Made by a program: the position numbers and the translations under genes. DNA of 64,000 nucleotides from Lama glama (taxonomy: Eukaryota). A model generated the notes under the pieces. That model was not told where the DNA came from and did no database searches. It worked only from the letters and a program-made list of their open reading frames with translations. Positions 12,291-25,500 of this stretch are shown here, in pieces (position 1 is the stretch's first letter; each line of letters begins with the position of its first letter). The stretch spans positions 98,396,001-98,460,000 of the forward strand of contig CM052817.1 in the NCBI GenBank assembly GCA_028534125.1. Reading direction: 5' to 3'.

Positions 12291-12809
12291 AGCTAACTCT
12301 AATGCTGAAATGTGATAGTTTCACTGGTAGCTCTGCAAGTGGTTAATACACATGGTTATACAATTAGTTCCTCTCAGCCCCATGAGGATAGTGAGGTACC
12401 TTTCCTCCAGCATTGCAGTTACTACATAACTTAATTCTTTGGGTCTACCACCCTTCAACACTCTGAATTCCGTGAGAGCAACCAATTTTATTTGTGTGCT
12501 TGGCAATATATAATAGATGAAGGGAAGAAAAAGGAGGGAGAGAAATAAAGAGAAAGGAGGGACAGAAAAAGAACAGAATGGGGATGCATTAGAATATCTG
12601 AGAAAGCCTCAAGGTTTGCATGTTTGAGGTTTTATTTGTTTTCCACAATTTAAAGCAACGTGAGTATTGCCCTTAAGGAACTGACCCCCAAAGGCTTCCT
12701 GTTAATCTAGAGTGTCTACAGTTTGGTCTCATTGTAAACTGTATTCATATAATTATATCTGAAATACTGAGTTCTTTCTAAAGCATCATACTTTAAGAAA
12801 GATACTTTT

Positions 12810-12949
12810 GAGTACGGTGGGCACTGGGTCTTTTCCTCTGTTTTCACCTCCTTTTTCCTTGTGGAATTGCACTTCTCCCTCTCCACTCATGTGACTTCTC
12901 CATGATGGGGCTGCTCATGCTATCCAAGCTGGAAGGTCAGCCAGGATAT

Positions 12950-12985
<36 letters not shown>

Positions 12986-13309
12986 ACTCCTTTTGGTAAC
13001 AGCAGGAAGTAAGTCAATTACAGATAGCTGGAAGGCAGCCATTTTCCTTACCACATGGAGAAAAAAGTCTATAGTAAGAGGTTTTAAAGCCAAGAAGGGG
13101 CAAGCAGAGATTTAAAATGAATGAAAGGAGCACACATCCTGAAGACATTACTTGAGACTGTTGAATCAGTTGAGCCCAAGTTGTTAATAGATACCAAGAA
13201 AGACACCCACCAATACTCCAGACTCTTGGAATCTCCACTTATGTGAGCAAACAGATTTAAGCACAATTTTGCTTGAGCTGATTTGAATTAGCATTCTAAC
13301 AAAAATGTT

Positions 13310-13312
<3 letters not shown>
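12810..13312 (+). mobile_element. Old MaLR LTR (MLT1J/K-like)
   Basis: ggcagccattttccttaccacatggag...catcctgaagacattacttgag...ttttgcttgagctgatttgaattagcattct...ttgcaa. Confidence 0.7.
12953..12980. repeat. (TG)14 microsatellite
   Basis: Read directly. Confidence 0.97.

Positions 13313-13314
<2 letters not shown>

Positions 13315-13354
<40 letters not shown>
13315..13354. repeat. (CA)20 microsatellite
   Basis: Read directly. Confidence 0.97.
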
Positions 13355-13356
<2 letters not shown>

Positions 13357-15690
13357 GTGGGAGGAGCATCTAAAAAAAAGAAAATTGGTAAAAAGAGTGG
13401 CTTCAAGAAGACAGAATTAGGACCAATGTGGATCAATTCAAGGGGATAGAAAACTGTCTAAAAATCTGAGCATTCTCTAGAATGAAGTGGGATTCCACTT
13501 CAACAGACGCATTACTAATCTCTAGAGTTTTCAAATAGAGGTTATGTGGAGATTCATCCTTTGGATAGAGGGCTTCAGTAGAAAATCTCCAAGGTTCCTT
13601 CAACTCTGAGATTCTATAATTCCCCAAAGGCAAAAGACACAAGGGGAAGTATCACTGGAAAAATATTGTCTATTATAACTCTATTTTCAGAAAATGCTTA
13701 GGCTGGGTACTGACTCAGAAAAAACTGTTCACAGAAGGTATCTAACCATAAACAAGCTAATATTACACTAGAAGGTAACAAATTTTAGAAAAGGTTAAAA
13801 GAAAGGTATTAGGTAGCAAACTATAAAATTGTTTTGAGATTAAAATAAGAGTACTTAATCCATGACAGGAAAAAAATGATAGACAAATGCAGTAATTCTA
13901 GAGAGATAAAGGAAACATTAGAGTACCTAGATAAATCTCCAGACTCTGAAATGTGAATTTCATACTTAGATATACCAGGAAATGCACTATTTTCCATTAT
14001 ATCAAAAAAGAGAAAATTTAAAATCAATAGTACAATTTTGCCTTTTAGTAACATGTTAGTGAGTCATTTCCAGTTACTACTACCCTTTTAGCTCTAGTAT
14101 GCTACAAACTAGGAAGGAGGAAGTATACAATGATTCCTCATCTATATATTTCCATGAACTATCTGGATGCTTGGAATTCTAAAGAATGAAAAAAAAAGGA
14201 ACTTAAGGTTTCCAAAATGGTACACTTCGTAGAAGGTATATTTAAATAATGTTTTTAACATCCAGAATTGAAACAAATTAAATACTAAAAAGGTGAAAGG
14301 CTGATGACCAGCCTCCGAACTTCTTACAAGTACAAATTTAATATTATGAATCAAAAATAGAATGTTTTTCCTCTATGAATTCTATGAATTAAAGACCCAT
14401 CGATTGTTCTTATCGGAAATCAATTAGTCATTTTTAAAAACAATTACGTACTTTAGAAATTCAACAAAAGATAAATTTATCACTAAAGTCATATGACTCT
14501 GCAAGGGATGAACAGCTCTCTGCAGAAAGACATCAAAGGAGGATAAGTGTTTTATTCATGGAATACATTAGATTACCTGAAGGGAAAAGGAGATACTATT
14601 TGCAATACAGTTAGAGACACCAAACAAATTGAAGTGGTCCTCAAGGAAGACATAAAGAAAATCTTTCTCACAGAAAATAAAAGCACAATGTCATCCAAAT
14701 AGTATAACAGACTACAATCAATATAGCTTCTGGCTCACAATTTTTGCTTAGATACTGAGAAAGAACCCTGTATGCTAATGCATTATTTCCTTTTAGTTAA
14801 TAATATAAACTGCTCTTGATAGTTTTATACTAATGATACTAGACAAATGAGAGAAAATGTGTTAATCATAAAGAAGTTAATGAAGAGATTAAAAAGATGA
14901 TGCTAGGAAAAGACAAAGTCCCACTTCATTGCAAAGTATCATCCACTTTTACCTTTATCAGGGTAAAAAATTAACATACATATTATAACTCTTGTATGTA
15001 TTACTTTTTAAAAAAAAACTAAAAATTAAGAGTTACATCTAATTGGCTTTAATTCTTTCTGGTTTAGAAATCTTACATAAAGCACTTTACTTTAAAAAAA
15101 CAGTAAACCTCATAAAAATGTCCCTTTGGCAATTTTAATGGAACTGAAATTGCTTGGCACACTTTGAAAAGCTTAACATAACCTTCCTTTCCCTTAAAAA
15201 CTGGTTTTAGACTTTGTCAACCTTATTTTCACCTGAAAGATTTCTAACAGTCCTCTGACACAAGAGTTCTAACAATTTCAAAATCTATCATTTAAGTTGA
15301 AATATTGAGGAAGTAGAAACTTTCATTCAGATATCAAATAATTTAGTTTTATAATGTTCATCTATGAAAACTAGATTCTCTAAATGTTGGGCAAGGTTGT
15401 ACATGAAATGAATATCTATAGCAGAATTGAAAAATCAAGACAATAAGATCATCTCTCTCATAAAAATACACAAATTTGTATTTAAGAACTCCAAAATAAA
15501 ATCAATTGTGTGGAACCTGCAATCCTGTAAATTTATCCTAAATGTGCTGGATTTGAGCATTATAGCCCTCTGGTTAATAATGTTGCTAACAAAAAATCTT
15601 AGGTACTTCAGTATACATATTTGCACAGCTAATAGACCTAAGCAATACTCTCTCATCTGTTCTTCTAAATTTTGAGAACTTCACAGTTGG

Positions 15691-15727
15691 AAAAAAAAAC
15701 AAAAACAAACAAACAAACAAACAAAAC
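15691..15727. repeat. (AAAC)n repeat
   Basis: aaaaaaaaacaaaaacaaacaaacaaacaaacaaaac. Confidence 0.9.
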
Positions 15728-16679
15728 AGGAAGATGGACCAAAAAAACATAGAAATGTGAAAATTTGCCTTTTAGGCTCATAATCATTGAAGATTAGGAC
15801 AACAATAATTTTCTCTCCTTTATCTACCACTTTTTCTCCATATAAGGCAACAGGTTCCATTCCCTCCCAAGAATAGGAGTAGGTGCTCAGATTTGCAGTA
15901 ATTCCAAATCAAGTGCAGCAACAGCATTTTTAGTTTGCTTAATTTCCCATCCCCACCTTCTAACAGCCAAGTGACTGCCTCCTTAAAAAATATTGCTGAG
16001 TGGGTGCATAAACCAGTTCTATTTGCCAACTGTAGAGGGTTCCCACAAAGCTCGTGGGTTTGTGTAAATGAATTACATCATTTTTTTCCTATAACTAAGA
16101 AGGGTGAAAAAAAAACAAACTTTCTTCTATTTACTGTAGCCAGGCAATGGTAATATATACGTGACATGCTTTCACCTTTGAAATGCAAAAATACTTCAGA
16201 AATTAGCCAGTACCTTACAGAAGTTGACTGATGACTGATAGAAGGTTATAATATACTTTGTCTCATGCAGACTCTAAGGGAACTTCTAATTGAAAATACA
16301 TGGGAAATTTCTCTGTAACAAAAAAAATGCTTTAAGACAAGATTTGAAGGGTCCCACATTTGGATTCGAAAGTTCATGGAATTTTTATGATAGAAATGGT
16401 ACCAGATTTCAAATAAACAAGAAAATCTTAATATTGTTTCACTTCAATATTTTCAATGAAATGTGTCTGTATGTGAAATATTTATAGTTTTATATAGTTC
16501 ACTGCATCACTTTACTTTCACTTTGTTTCACTTTCTCTCTTTCTTTCTTCAGAATTCTATCTAGTAACATGTTTTAATCATTAGAGCCACTCCTGAATTT
16601 ACTAAATGATTAGTTTCAGTCTACTTCTCTTAAGTAATCATCAGAAAGGTTGTAAATTTTTAGATAGAAATGGCATAAA

Positions 16680-16850
16680 GGCAGCATGATTGAGTAAGAC
16701 TACTGTAATTGAGGGTTGAAATCTAGTAACAGTTATTTTCTGTGTGATGTTGAAACCTTGAAGAAGTCACTTACTCTTTTTAAATCTTTCGTTTTCTCAA
16801 CTGGAAATTAAAAGAATTAAATCAAGTGATTTCTGAACTTCCCTTCAGCC
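16680..16850 (+). mobile_element. MIR3-like SINE
   Basis: ccttgaagaagtcacttactc...ttttctcaactggaaatt...gtgatttctgaacttcccttcagc. Confidence 0.65.
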
Positions 16851-17180
16851 ATCCTCCTCTAAAATCCTTAAGATAATCCCTGCAGAAGTTAGCTAGATAT
16901 CCCTGCAAAACTTTGCTACAGCTCTTCATGCCTGCAACAGATGGTAGACTGTACAGGAAAATATTCAGCATTCAGATTAGCTGATTGGCTCCAGGAAAAT
17001 AACTATAATAAACACTCATCTTTCAGACTGTATAATTTTTTTATCATTGAAAGGGCTGGAATAAATTTTAATTTTAGTAACACCTATGAGGAAAAAAAAA
17101 CTTCCTAATCAAATTAACCTGGTAAAGAATGTTTACAGGAAAAAGACCTACTCAAAAAGATAAGCTAACACTATCAAATA

Positions 17181-17250
17181 GTGTATATATATATATACAT
17201 ATATATATATACACATACATATATACATATATACACACACACACACATAT
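17181..17250. repeat. Compound (TA)n/(CA)n microsatellite
   Basis: Read directly. Confidence 0.9.
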
Positions 17251-17269
17251 TTTTTTCTTTAAAGCAAGT

Positions 17270-19870
17270 ATTTTAGCGGGAAGGTCTTTGATGACAAGTT
17301 CAATTTCTTTAATAGACATAGGTTATTCAGATTTTCTGTTTGTACTGTGTCAGTTTGGGTATACTGTCTTTTTTCAAGAATTTGTCCACCAATGCAGTAG
17401 GCATTAAGTTATTCATATATCCTCATCCTTTTAATGTCTATAGAATATATAGTGATTCCACTTCTTTCACTTTGAACATAAGTAATTTGCGCTTTATCTC
17501 TTCTTTTTCTTAGTTTTGATAGGAGCTTACAAATTCTTTTAATCTTTTCAAAGAACCAGCTTTTGTCTTTGTTAATTTGCTTAATTGTTTCTGTTTTCTA
17601 TTTCATTGCTTTCTGTTCTTATCTCTATGCTGAGTGTTACATGTGCACTTAAAAGGAATGTATATTCTACAGTTCTTAGATGTAGTCTTCTATAAATGTT
17701 AATTAGGTCAAATTAGTTGATAGTTTGTTCAAATCTGCTATATTGTTATTTATTCTTTTTACTATTTTGCTTATTAATTACTAAAAAAAAGCATGTAAAA
17801 AGTTTCCACTCATAATTATGGAGTTGTCCATTTTATTCTTTAATCCTGTCAATTTGCTTTATTTATATTAAAGCTCTATTATTAAGGCACACATATTTAG
17901 GATTATTATCTAGTTCTGATTAATTCACCCTTTTACAATTATGAAGTGTCCTTTTGATCTCTGGCAATAGTCTGTCAAGTCTACTTTGATGTTAACATAG
18001 CCACTCTAGCATTCTTAGGCTACCTTTTTTAATTGTTTATCTTTTCCTAACCTTTTACTTCTAATTAATGTCTTTTTATATCAATCTCTTATAAACAGTG
18101 TAGAGTTGGTTCTTGCTTTCTTATCCAGCCTGACAAGCTCTTACTTTATCTGTATGTTTATTCTGAATATGTAACACAAATATTTGTACAGTTGGGTTTC
18201 AGTCTACAGTTTCCTTATTTGTTTTTTATTCACTCTACATGTTCCCCTTTTCTTTTGAGTTAACCATATAGTTTTTGATATTCCATTTTACTTTTTGTAT
18301 TATCTTTTAGGGTTATCTTTTTGTAGTAGTGGCTGCTCTGGGAATTACACTTTGCATTCTTAACTTCTCACACTACTTAGAATTAATGCCACTACTAATG
18401 ACATGAAAGAAACTTGCAAAAGTAGAAGTCCATTACTTTTGCTATTATTGTCATATATATTTTTGCATATACCTAACTTATAAATACCATAATAATGCTG
18501 TGATTTTGCCTTAAATGTTTAATTTTAAAATAATTAGAAAAATATTCATTTTCATATATTTTTTTATTTTCAAAGTTCTTTATTTCGTCTCGTAGATTCA
18601 AATATCTAGCAGATGTCATTTCTCTCAGCATGAAGAGCTTCTTTTAACATTTGTGAAGTGCTGATCAGCTGGCAATATATTCTCATTTCTTTAATTTAGC
18701 TGAAAAATTCTTTTTTCAACCCCAATATTATGAGATAGTTTCACCAGATACAGAATTATCAGTTGATAATTTTTTTAGCACTTTAAAAATATAATTTCAT
18801 TGCTTCCTGGTCTGCATCACTTCCAGTAAGAAGACATCCATAATTCTTAGAATTGTAACCCTCTGTACAATGTATATTTTTCCCCCGTGGCTATTTTGAA
18901 AGTTTTTCTTTGCCTTTGATTCTCAGCTCTTGACTATGATATTTCTGCATGCAGATTTTCTTGTATTTATCTTGCTTAGATGTGATGATCTTTTTAGATA
19001 CATAAAGTTGTTTTTCATTAAATTTGGAAATTTTCAGCCATTATTTCTTCAATTACTTTTTCTGCCTTTTTCTATTTCTCTTCTGCTGAGACTCCAATTC
19101 ACATATGGTAGGCCACTTGATATTAATTTATAAGTCAATCAGTCTTTGCTCATTTTTCTCTCAATCATTGTTTTCTCTCCTTCAGATTAGTCTCTATAGA
19201 TCTATGCATTTACTGACCTTCTATACTGCCTTCTCGAATATGTTGTTCAATTATCCAATGAAATTTTCATAACAGATACTATATTTCTCAGTTCCATAAT
19301 TTTCATTTGATTATTTTCTTTATAGTTTCCATTTATGCACTGGGATCCTCTGTTATTATAAACACATTTTCTTTAAGTTCTTGAAAATTTATAATAACTG
19401 CTTTAGAGCCCTTGTCAGCTAATTCCAACATTTGGGATGTCTTTTTCTTTGCTGTAACCCAAATTTTCCTATTTCTTAACCTGTTTTAATATTTTATTTA
19501 TTGTGTACTAGCTAAGCATTGTACACTGTAGAGACTGGATTGTGTTACTGTCCTTGAAAGAATGTTGATTTTTTTTTTTTTCTAAGTGGTAGCAAGGTTA
19601 CTGGTTTATCATCTTAAACTGGTGAAGGCTTAGCTTACACCTTTGTTAGGGTGAATCTGTTTGTTTTGTCCTTTGTACTAAGATAAATCTCTTAGTCCTG
19701 GGATATAATCTCCACTCCTTAGGTGTTGGCCTTCTAAGATTTCCAGGGAGAGACTGAGGTGTTTACTAAATTCCTGTTAATTTGGCAGGACTTAAACTCC
19801 AGTTTCTGTCTCACTGCATGGTGAACAGCAACTAACGACTCTGCCTAGGCTTTAAATTCCATAGGTTTAA
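17270..19870 (-). mobile_element. Old L1 (L1MC/MD-type): 5' region, ORF1 and ORF2 endonuclease remnants, same sense as IQCM
   Basis: ttcaatttctttaatagacataggttattcagattt; tcttttcaaagaaccagcttttg; ctataaatgttaattaggtcaaattagttgatag; aaatttggaaattttcagccattatttcttc; strong T-rich skew. Confidence 0.85.
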
Positions 19871-20154
19871 GGAGTCTATCTTGGCACCTAAAATAGGAGG
19901 TGCTTAATGTTTGTTGTTAAATGCATAAACTATGAAAGACCAAAGGAAATTTTTCTCAACTAGACAATACAAATTTGTTTTTCCTTTTCCTCTAGAAATT
20001 GTTCATTTATTCAATTATATTTTCTGAGTATCTACCACATGACAGGGATGGTGCCAAGAGCTCTGAATAGAAGTATTCACAGAATCAACACTCCCTGCTC
20101 TCATAGAACTTGACATTTTAGCCAGAGATCCTTCTGGTACAATTTAGTTTATAA

Positions 20155-20365
20155 AGTATAGCAATGGCTTTGCAATTAAACGACCTACATTTGAATCCAG
20201 CTCTGACATCAACTAGCTGAATGATCCAAAGTGAGATATTCAACCTGAGTTCTTCCATCAGTAAAATGGTGATAATAAAAATATATCATTGTGTTGTTGC
20301 AGGAGTTAAATGAAAGTATCTGGTACAAGATAAGCACAGAATGAATGCTATTATGCTATTACTAA
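20155..20365 (+). mobile_element. MIR SINE
   Basis: gacctacatttgaatccagctctgacatcaactagctg...catcagtaaaatggtgataata...gttgcaggagttaaatga. Confidence 0.8.
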
Positions 20366-20489
20366 ATTTATTATGAGATTAGCTCTCAGAAAATACTTAA
20401 TCTTAAGCTGGATATTTATTTATTGGATATTTAAGTAATTGCATTGCATTATTTCATAGTCATATTGGTCTAGATTCATCATATAGGGA

Positions 20490-20852
20490 AATTCCACAGT
20501 ACTTGAACTTTATAGTCAGATGTATTTCGGAATTCAGATTTTTTTTTTTTTGAAGTCTAGGAAATTAATATAGCATGTATACTATATAGTATGTAACACT
20601 CAAGCAGAGTCTGGGCAGCGTCCTGTCATTAAACATATTGATATTAATTAGCTATTATAATTAATGTTAGTATGCGTGCAAACATGAATAGTCAAATGAA
20701 GTGGAAAAAGTAAAGACTATGAGTAATCATAATCACCTGTCATTTTAAGTCAGGTTTGACAGTTAAGAGTTTTGGTGCCACCTTAGGTAACATTAACTTA
20801 CAGTTTCTGGAGCTTTCCAGTTTTTGGAAGTGTGAATGAGGGATTAAAGTCC
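20490..20852. mobile_element. MER46C-like Tigger DNA transposon
   Basis: cagatgtatttcggaattcagatttt...gtaacactcaagcagagtctgggcagc...aaagactat...agctttccagtttttggaagtgtgaatgagggatt. Confidence 0.75.
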
Positions 20853-21624
20853 TTTTATCACCAGAATTTTTGAGTAATTGAGAGAAGAAATGAAGAGGAT
20901 GTCAGGTAAGAAAAGGTACCCTATAATATATTAAAATAAATCTGTATTTACTAGAGGATTAGATTTCCAAACTGATTGCTTCTGATCAGATTCAGTCTCC
21001 AAGGCTTTTTGCTATTTGCATCTATATAACTTGGCACAGTGTATTGCACTGAGTGAGTACTAAAACAATATCTGGTGAAGTCATAAATGAATGTATCACC
21101 AGTGAACTAGAAATTACAGGTTTGAAATCTCTCCTTTCCAGAAACTTCACTGTTAACTTTCTACAATCCCTTCTTTTCATCTCATTCTCTAATTTATCTC
21201 ACAAAATCAGTTGTTTTTCACAAAAGTTTGTCAATAAATTTGCTACACAAAGAAGCAAAGCAATCTTAAGAATCCCTCATAGAGTCACCGAAAGGCATGC
21301 TGTACCATAGTGAATTGTAGTTCACAGTTTCTAATAAATAAAATTGCTGAAAACATCTTGCAGTACTGTTTACATTGCTTTTACTAGCTATTGCAAAGTA
21401 AACTTACAGCCTGGCCTACTGAATGAGCATTAATACACTCAAAAAATAAGAATTTTTCTCCCCTTGCCCTAGTAGAATGAAATGGGAAACTTTGAAAAAG
21501 ATATGTTAAAAACATGAGCTTTCAATAAACTACTCTTCTTTAAACCAGATACTTAAGAAGTCACGATAAAACCAAAAGCAAGCACATTAATTTAAACTTC
21601 TGTGCTATTATACAAAAGATACAC

Positions 21625-21683
21625 CTGGGTTGTGGCTTTGATTCGGGCTTGACAGACTGTTGTTCTTTTTTCATGAAGGTTTT
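21625..21683 (-). CDS. IQCM: IQCM internal coding exon (59 nt, phase 0 to 2); absent from the ORF track
   Basis: Strong acceptor tcttctttctctttttctag|AAA ACC TTC ATG AAA AAA GAA CAA CAG TCT GTC AAG CCC GAA TCA AAG CCA CAA CCC AG|gtgtat gives KTFMKKEQQSVKPESKPQP, resembling recalled human KTFKTLIKKERQPIKPEPKSQP. Phases fit both neighbouring exons. Confidence 0.9.
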
Positions 21684-22147
21684 CTAGAAAAAGAGAAAGA
21701 AGAGTTGACATAGTAGGAAAACAACTTCATCATCTGTAAAATTTTAATTCCATTGATGTTCTGTTACATTATCAAAGGGAGAACTGTTCCATTATAATAT
21801 ATATTATAAGCCTAAGCATTTAATAAGTAAGTATATTCAGAGTATGATAACGGACGCTCCTCCACCATCTTTTGGCCCCCAGGAATATAATTCCTACTGA
21901 TCATTTCAGTGAGCAAATATCCATACACATCTATTATAGATAAGAACTTATTTATTTACTTACTTTTTTGTCCTTTGTCTTACAAAAAGATTTAAGGTAG
22001 CTTACAAAAAGTAGAGTACGTACAAAAAAGGAAGAAAAAGAGTATCAGGTTAAAGGGAAAATGTGGACAGAAAAATAATGTCAAGTGTTTTCTGATGTTG
22101 CTTAATGTGTTACACAGATTTGGCTCTCAAACTCCTTTGTATCAAAG

Positions 22148-22513
22148 TGTTATAGACTGAACTGTATTCCTATAAAATTCATGTGCTAAAGCCTTCATCC
22201 CCAAATGTGACTATATTTGGAGATAAGGCCTTTCAGGAGGTAATTAATGTTAAATGAGGTCAGAAGTGGGTCATAAGGGTGAGGCCCTAATCCAAGAGGA
22301 CTGGTGACCTTATAAGAAGATAAAGAGATGCCAGGGGCCCATGTTTACAGAAAAGGCCAAGTGAGGACACAGCAAGAAGCAGCCATCTATAAGACAAGGA
22401 GAGAAGCCTCAAGAAAACCAACTCTGCCCCAGAGCTGTAAGAAAATTAATTTCCATCGTATAAGTCACCCAGTCTACAGTATTTTATTGTGGCAGGCCTG
22501 GCAAACTAAAACA
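22148..22513 (+). mobile_element. MLT1A/B MaLR solo LTR with 5-bp TSD CAAAG
   Basis: caaag|tgttatagactgaactgt...gtgactatatttggagataaggccttt...gcaaactaaaaca|caaag. Confidence 0.92.
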
Positions 22514-25500
22514 CAAAGTAACAAAGAAAACACAGTCCTAACATTCACAATATCTATAAGGGAAGCAAACTTATTTTCTGTGAAACATTTCTTCCATGAG
22601 TCCTTGAAAAGAACCCTGGTATAATGTCACAGTCAGCTTCAAAAGCATTTCTTAAACAATTACATGAGAGTGTTTAATATGAACTTTTTACATGATCCTT
22701 CAATATCAGTCAACAGTAGAAAGAACAACACATGAAGATAATGCTATAAGACTTCAGAATAAGTGGGCCATTGCCCTTCTGGTCATTTGGCGAGATCCAA
22801 AGGTTAAACTGATACCTAGAGGCACTGATGGATTGCATATTCAGTTTATAATCTGCTATGACAATTATTTTGCACAAAATAGCTTTTGAAAAAATGGTCT
22901 CAGATAGGAGGAATTTGAGGTAATCTTGATAACGAGTAAAGGTTAGCGGATTTTGGATTGTTGGTGTTGTCTTCACCTTCAGACTCTAATTCAGTATCAG
23001 AAAGTGACTTAGCTATTGATGTGCTCATGATACCACAAGGAAAATGCTTATTTCAGTTTTGCTTTTTAAATTTTAAATATGTATTTAGCCTATTTGACAA
23101 ATGAAACTAAGGATGTCTCTTTTATACAATCTCAGGATATATAAAGGGTCAGTGTAAAGACAAAAGGTAGAAGAAATTTGTATTTGTATTGCCAAAATAC
23201 TCAGTTTTAAGACACAGAGACAATGTTTTTAAATGTTTTAAACAAAACATAAATCTCTCCTTTAGAGTTAAGCTTCATTCTGTCTTATAGTGCTGTCTTA
23301 CATGAAGCCTGACTTGTATATGTAAATTTGTATTTCATGCCATTTATTTTTTAAGATCAAAGATTAACTTTTTTCTACAGTTATGCTAGAATGCAATAAT
23401 AACCTTGAGAATTGGTTTGCTTCATCTCTTAAGTGTTTTTTACTTTGAGAACTCCCTGATCATGTTTTCTTTTTAAAAACAATCATCCTTAAGAATAATA
23501 CTATACTTATTAAAACTTATGTGCAGCATGTAGGTGATAATAAAACATGAAGCAGTATCAATATTTTAAACACTTCCTTCAATACTGTGTGCCCTGACAC
23601 ATACTCATGGCTACAAAATTACTAATGGCTACAAAAATTATTTTTAACCTATATACTCCATACTTTTGCACAAAACAAAGTGCTTGGCTTGGAACAAATT
23701 GTCTTTATGTGATACTAATATTTACACTTCCAACTTAATTTTTTTTAACTGCTTCCTTCTCAGCCAGACTAACTGAGACTGGCATGTTCTCTAGGATGAA
23801 GGGTATCAAATGTGAAGGCCACTAAGTAAAAGAGTCTCAAAGAAACATTCTTGAGGATTTGTTTTTACTTAATGTTCTCTGATTTTTTTCCAGTTATTCT
23901 ATTGTGACCTCATGCCTTCACAACCTCCACTGTGTCTTTTTCTTCTTATCTAACATAATTAGAAATTGGGAGTTTTGAGGTCATCTTTTTGCAAAGTGAA
24001 CGGCAGTCATTTTTAAGGGGTCCTGAGTTTTGTTTTTTTTTCCCCTCAGTCTCAGTTTTCTCCATACTTTCATATTAAAATCTCAAGTCCATTCTGCCTT
24101 AATGTTTCAATGCCTTTCTCTCTTAAAATTTTTCTTCTTTCCATAGCTGCTACCTACTTCTTTAGACTTCTTCAAGCTCCCAGTCTCTCCATGACAATGC
24201 ATTTGAAGTGACACATTCAAAATACTTGGCTGAAGATGTAAGTCATCTATTAAATCCTCACATCAAAATTTTCAACAACCTGTGTGGATTTATTTCAAAC
24301 CTCTTTTCTTTTACCCCATATATTTTCTCAAATCCCACAATTTAACTGGTACCAAGCTTACTTCTGATAATCTGCACAATATTATTACACCTCAAGGTTC
24401 TTTTTAGAAGCAGTTGTCTAATATATCAATTCCCTTCTACTTACCAAATCTCATCTGGCATTTTCTTTTTCCTTTAGACAATGCTGCTAATTTGTCTCAT
24501 AGTTTAATGATTAAATTCTTGCATTGATTAACCATAGATGAAATATGGAAGAAAGTCTTTGACTTTGCACAGTAATGCTAGACATATTTCTATATTACTA
24601 TTATTAGTGTGAAATTTTGCAATATGTTTACAATAAAAATGTAGTCTATAGTTGGCATATTACACCTCCAATACTTAACCCAAAAGGTGTTTAAAGGTAT
24701 TTTCTAAGTAGCAAGAAATTTTCATAGCTATAAATAGCTTCATGACCCTACCAGAAGCATATATAAACACATTATTCAAGGTAAATGAAAGGTTTGTTTA
24801 AAAGTAGGTAACTGTGAAGAGAAAAATCACTAACAGCATACACATATACAATTACAAATTACACATGAAAACATGTGAAATAAACTGAAAAGCTTTTTCT
24901 GCCAGGCTTGCGTATTAACACTTGTGTTTCCCCAGCAAAGATCAGTCATGTCACTAGCACATTCTGTGAAATAGCAGTGAGCGTCCTCCTTGTATTGCTC
25001 CTGCTTCTTGTCTAAGAAACGGTTTAAAAAGAAAAATATCAATAACTTGCACGCATGCAGAACCAGAAGACACCCAACACATCATTTTGGAATTTTTCAC
25101 AAGTAAGTATCTTTACATTGTTGCTTTTGAGAGCTTCTAAGAACACACACAAACCAAAGGAGGGTTTTCAAGCCGTAGAACCACCCCCAGGAAGCTGTGG
25201 TAAGCCCAGGAAACCTGTAGTTTTTCAAAATCTTTCCATGGAGCCATAGAAACATCCATTTTGAAGGTGTTCTCAAGTGCTGTATTTCTTCTACATTTCT
25301 TAGGAGGAGTGGGGGAGTCCCATAGGTAATGCTGGTCACTCTATAATGGCCATGGCCTCAAAAAGTCATTCAACTTTCAGATTAGGAGAGACCAAAGATG
25401 GTGGCCCAACAAAACATGGGTTATTCATTTAACAGTCCCTAGACAAAATTTCTTTAACCTCCAAGGGAAATCAAAACTCTTTGATATGTAGGCATTTAAG

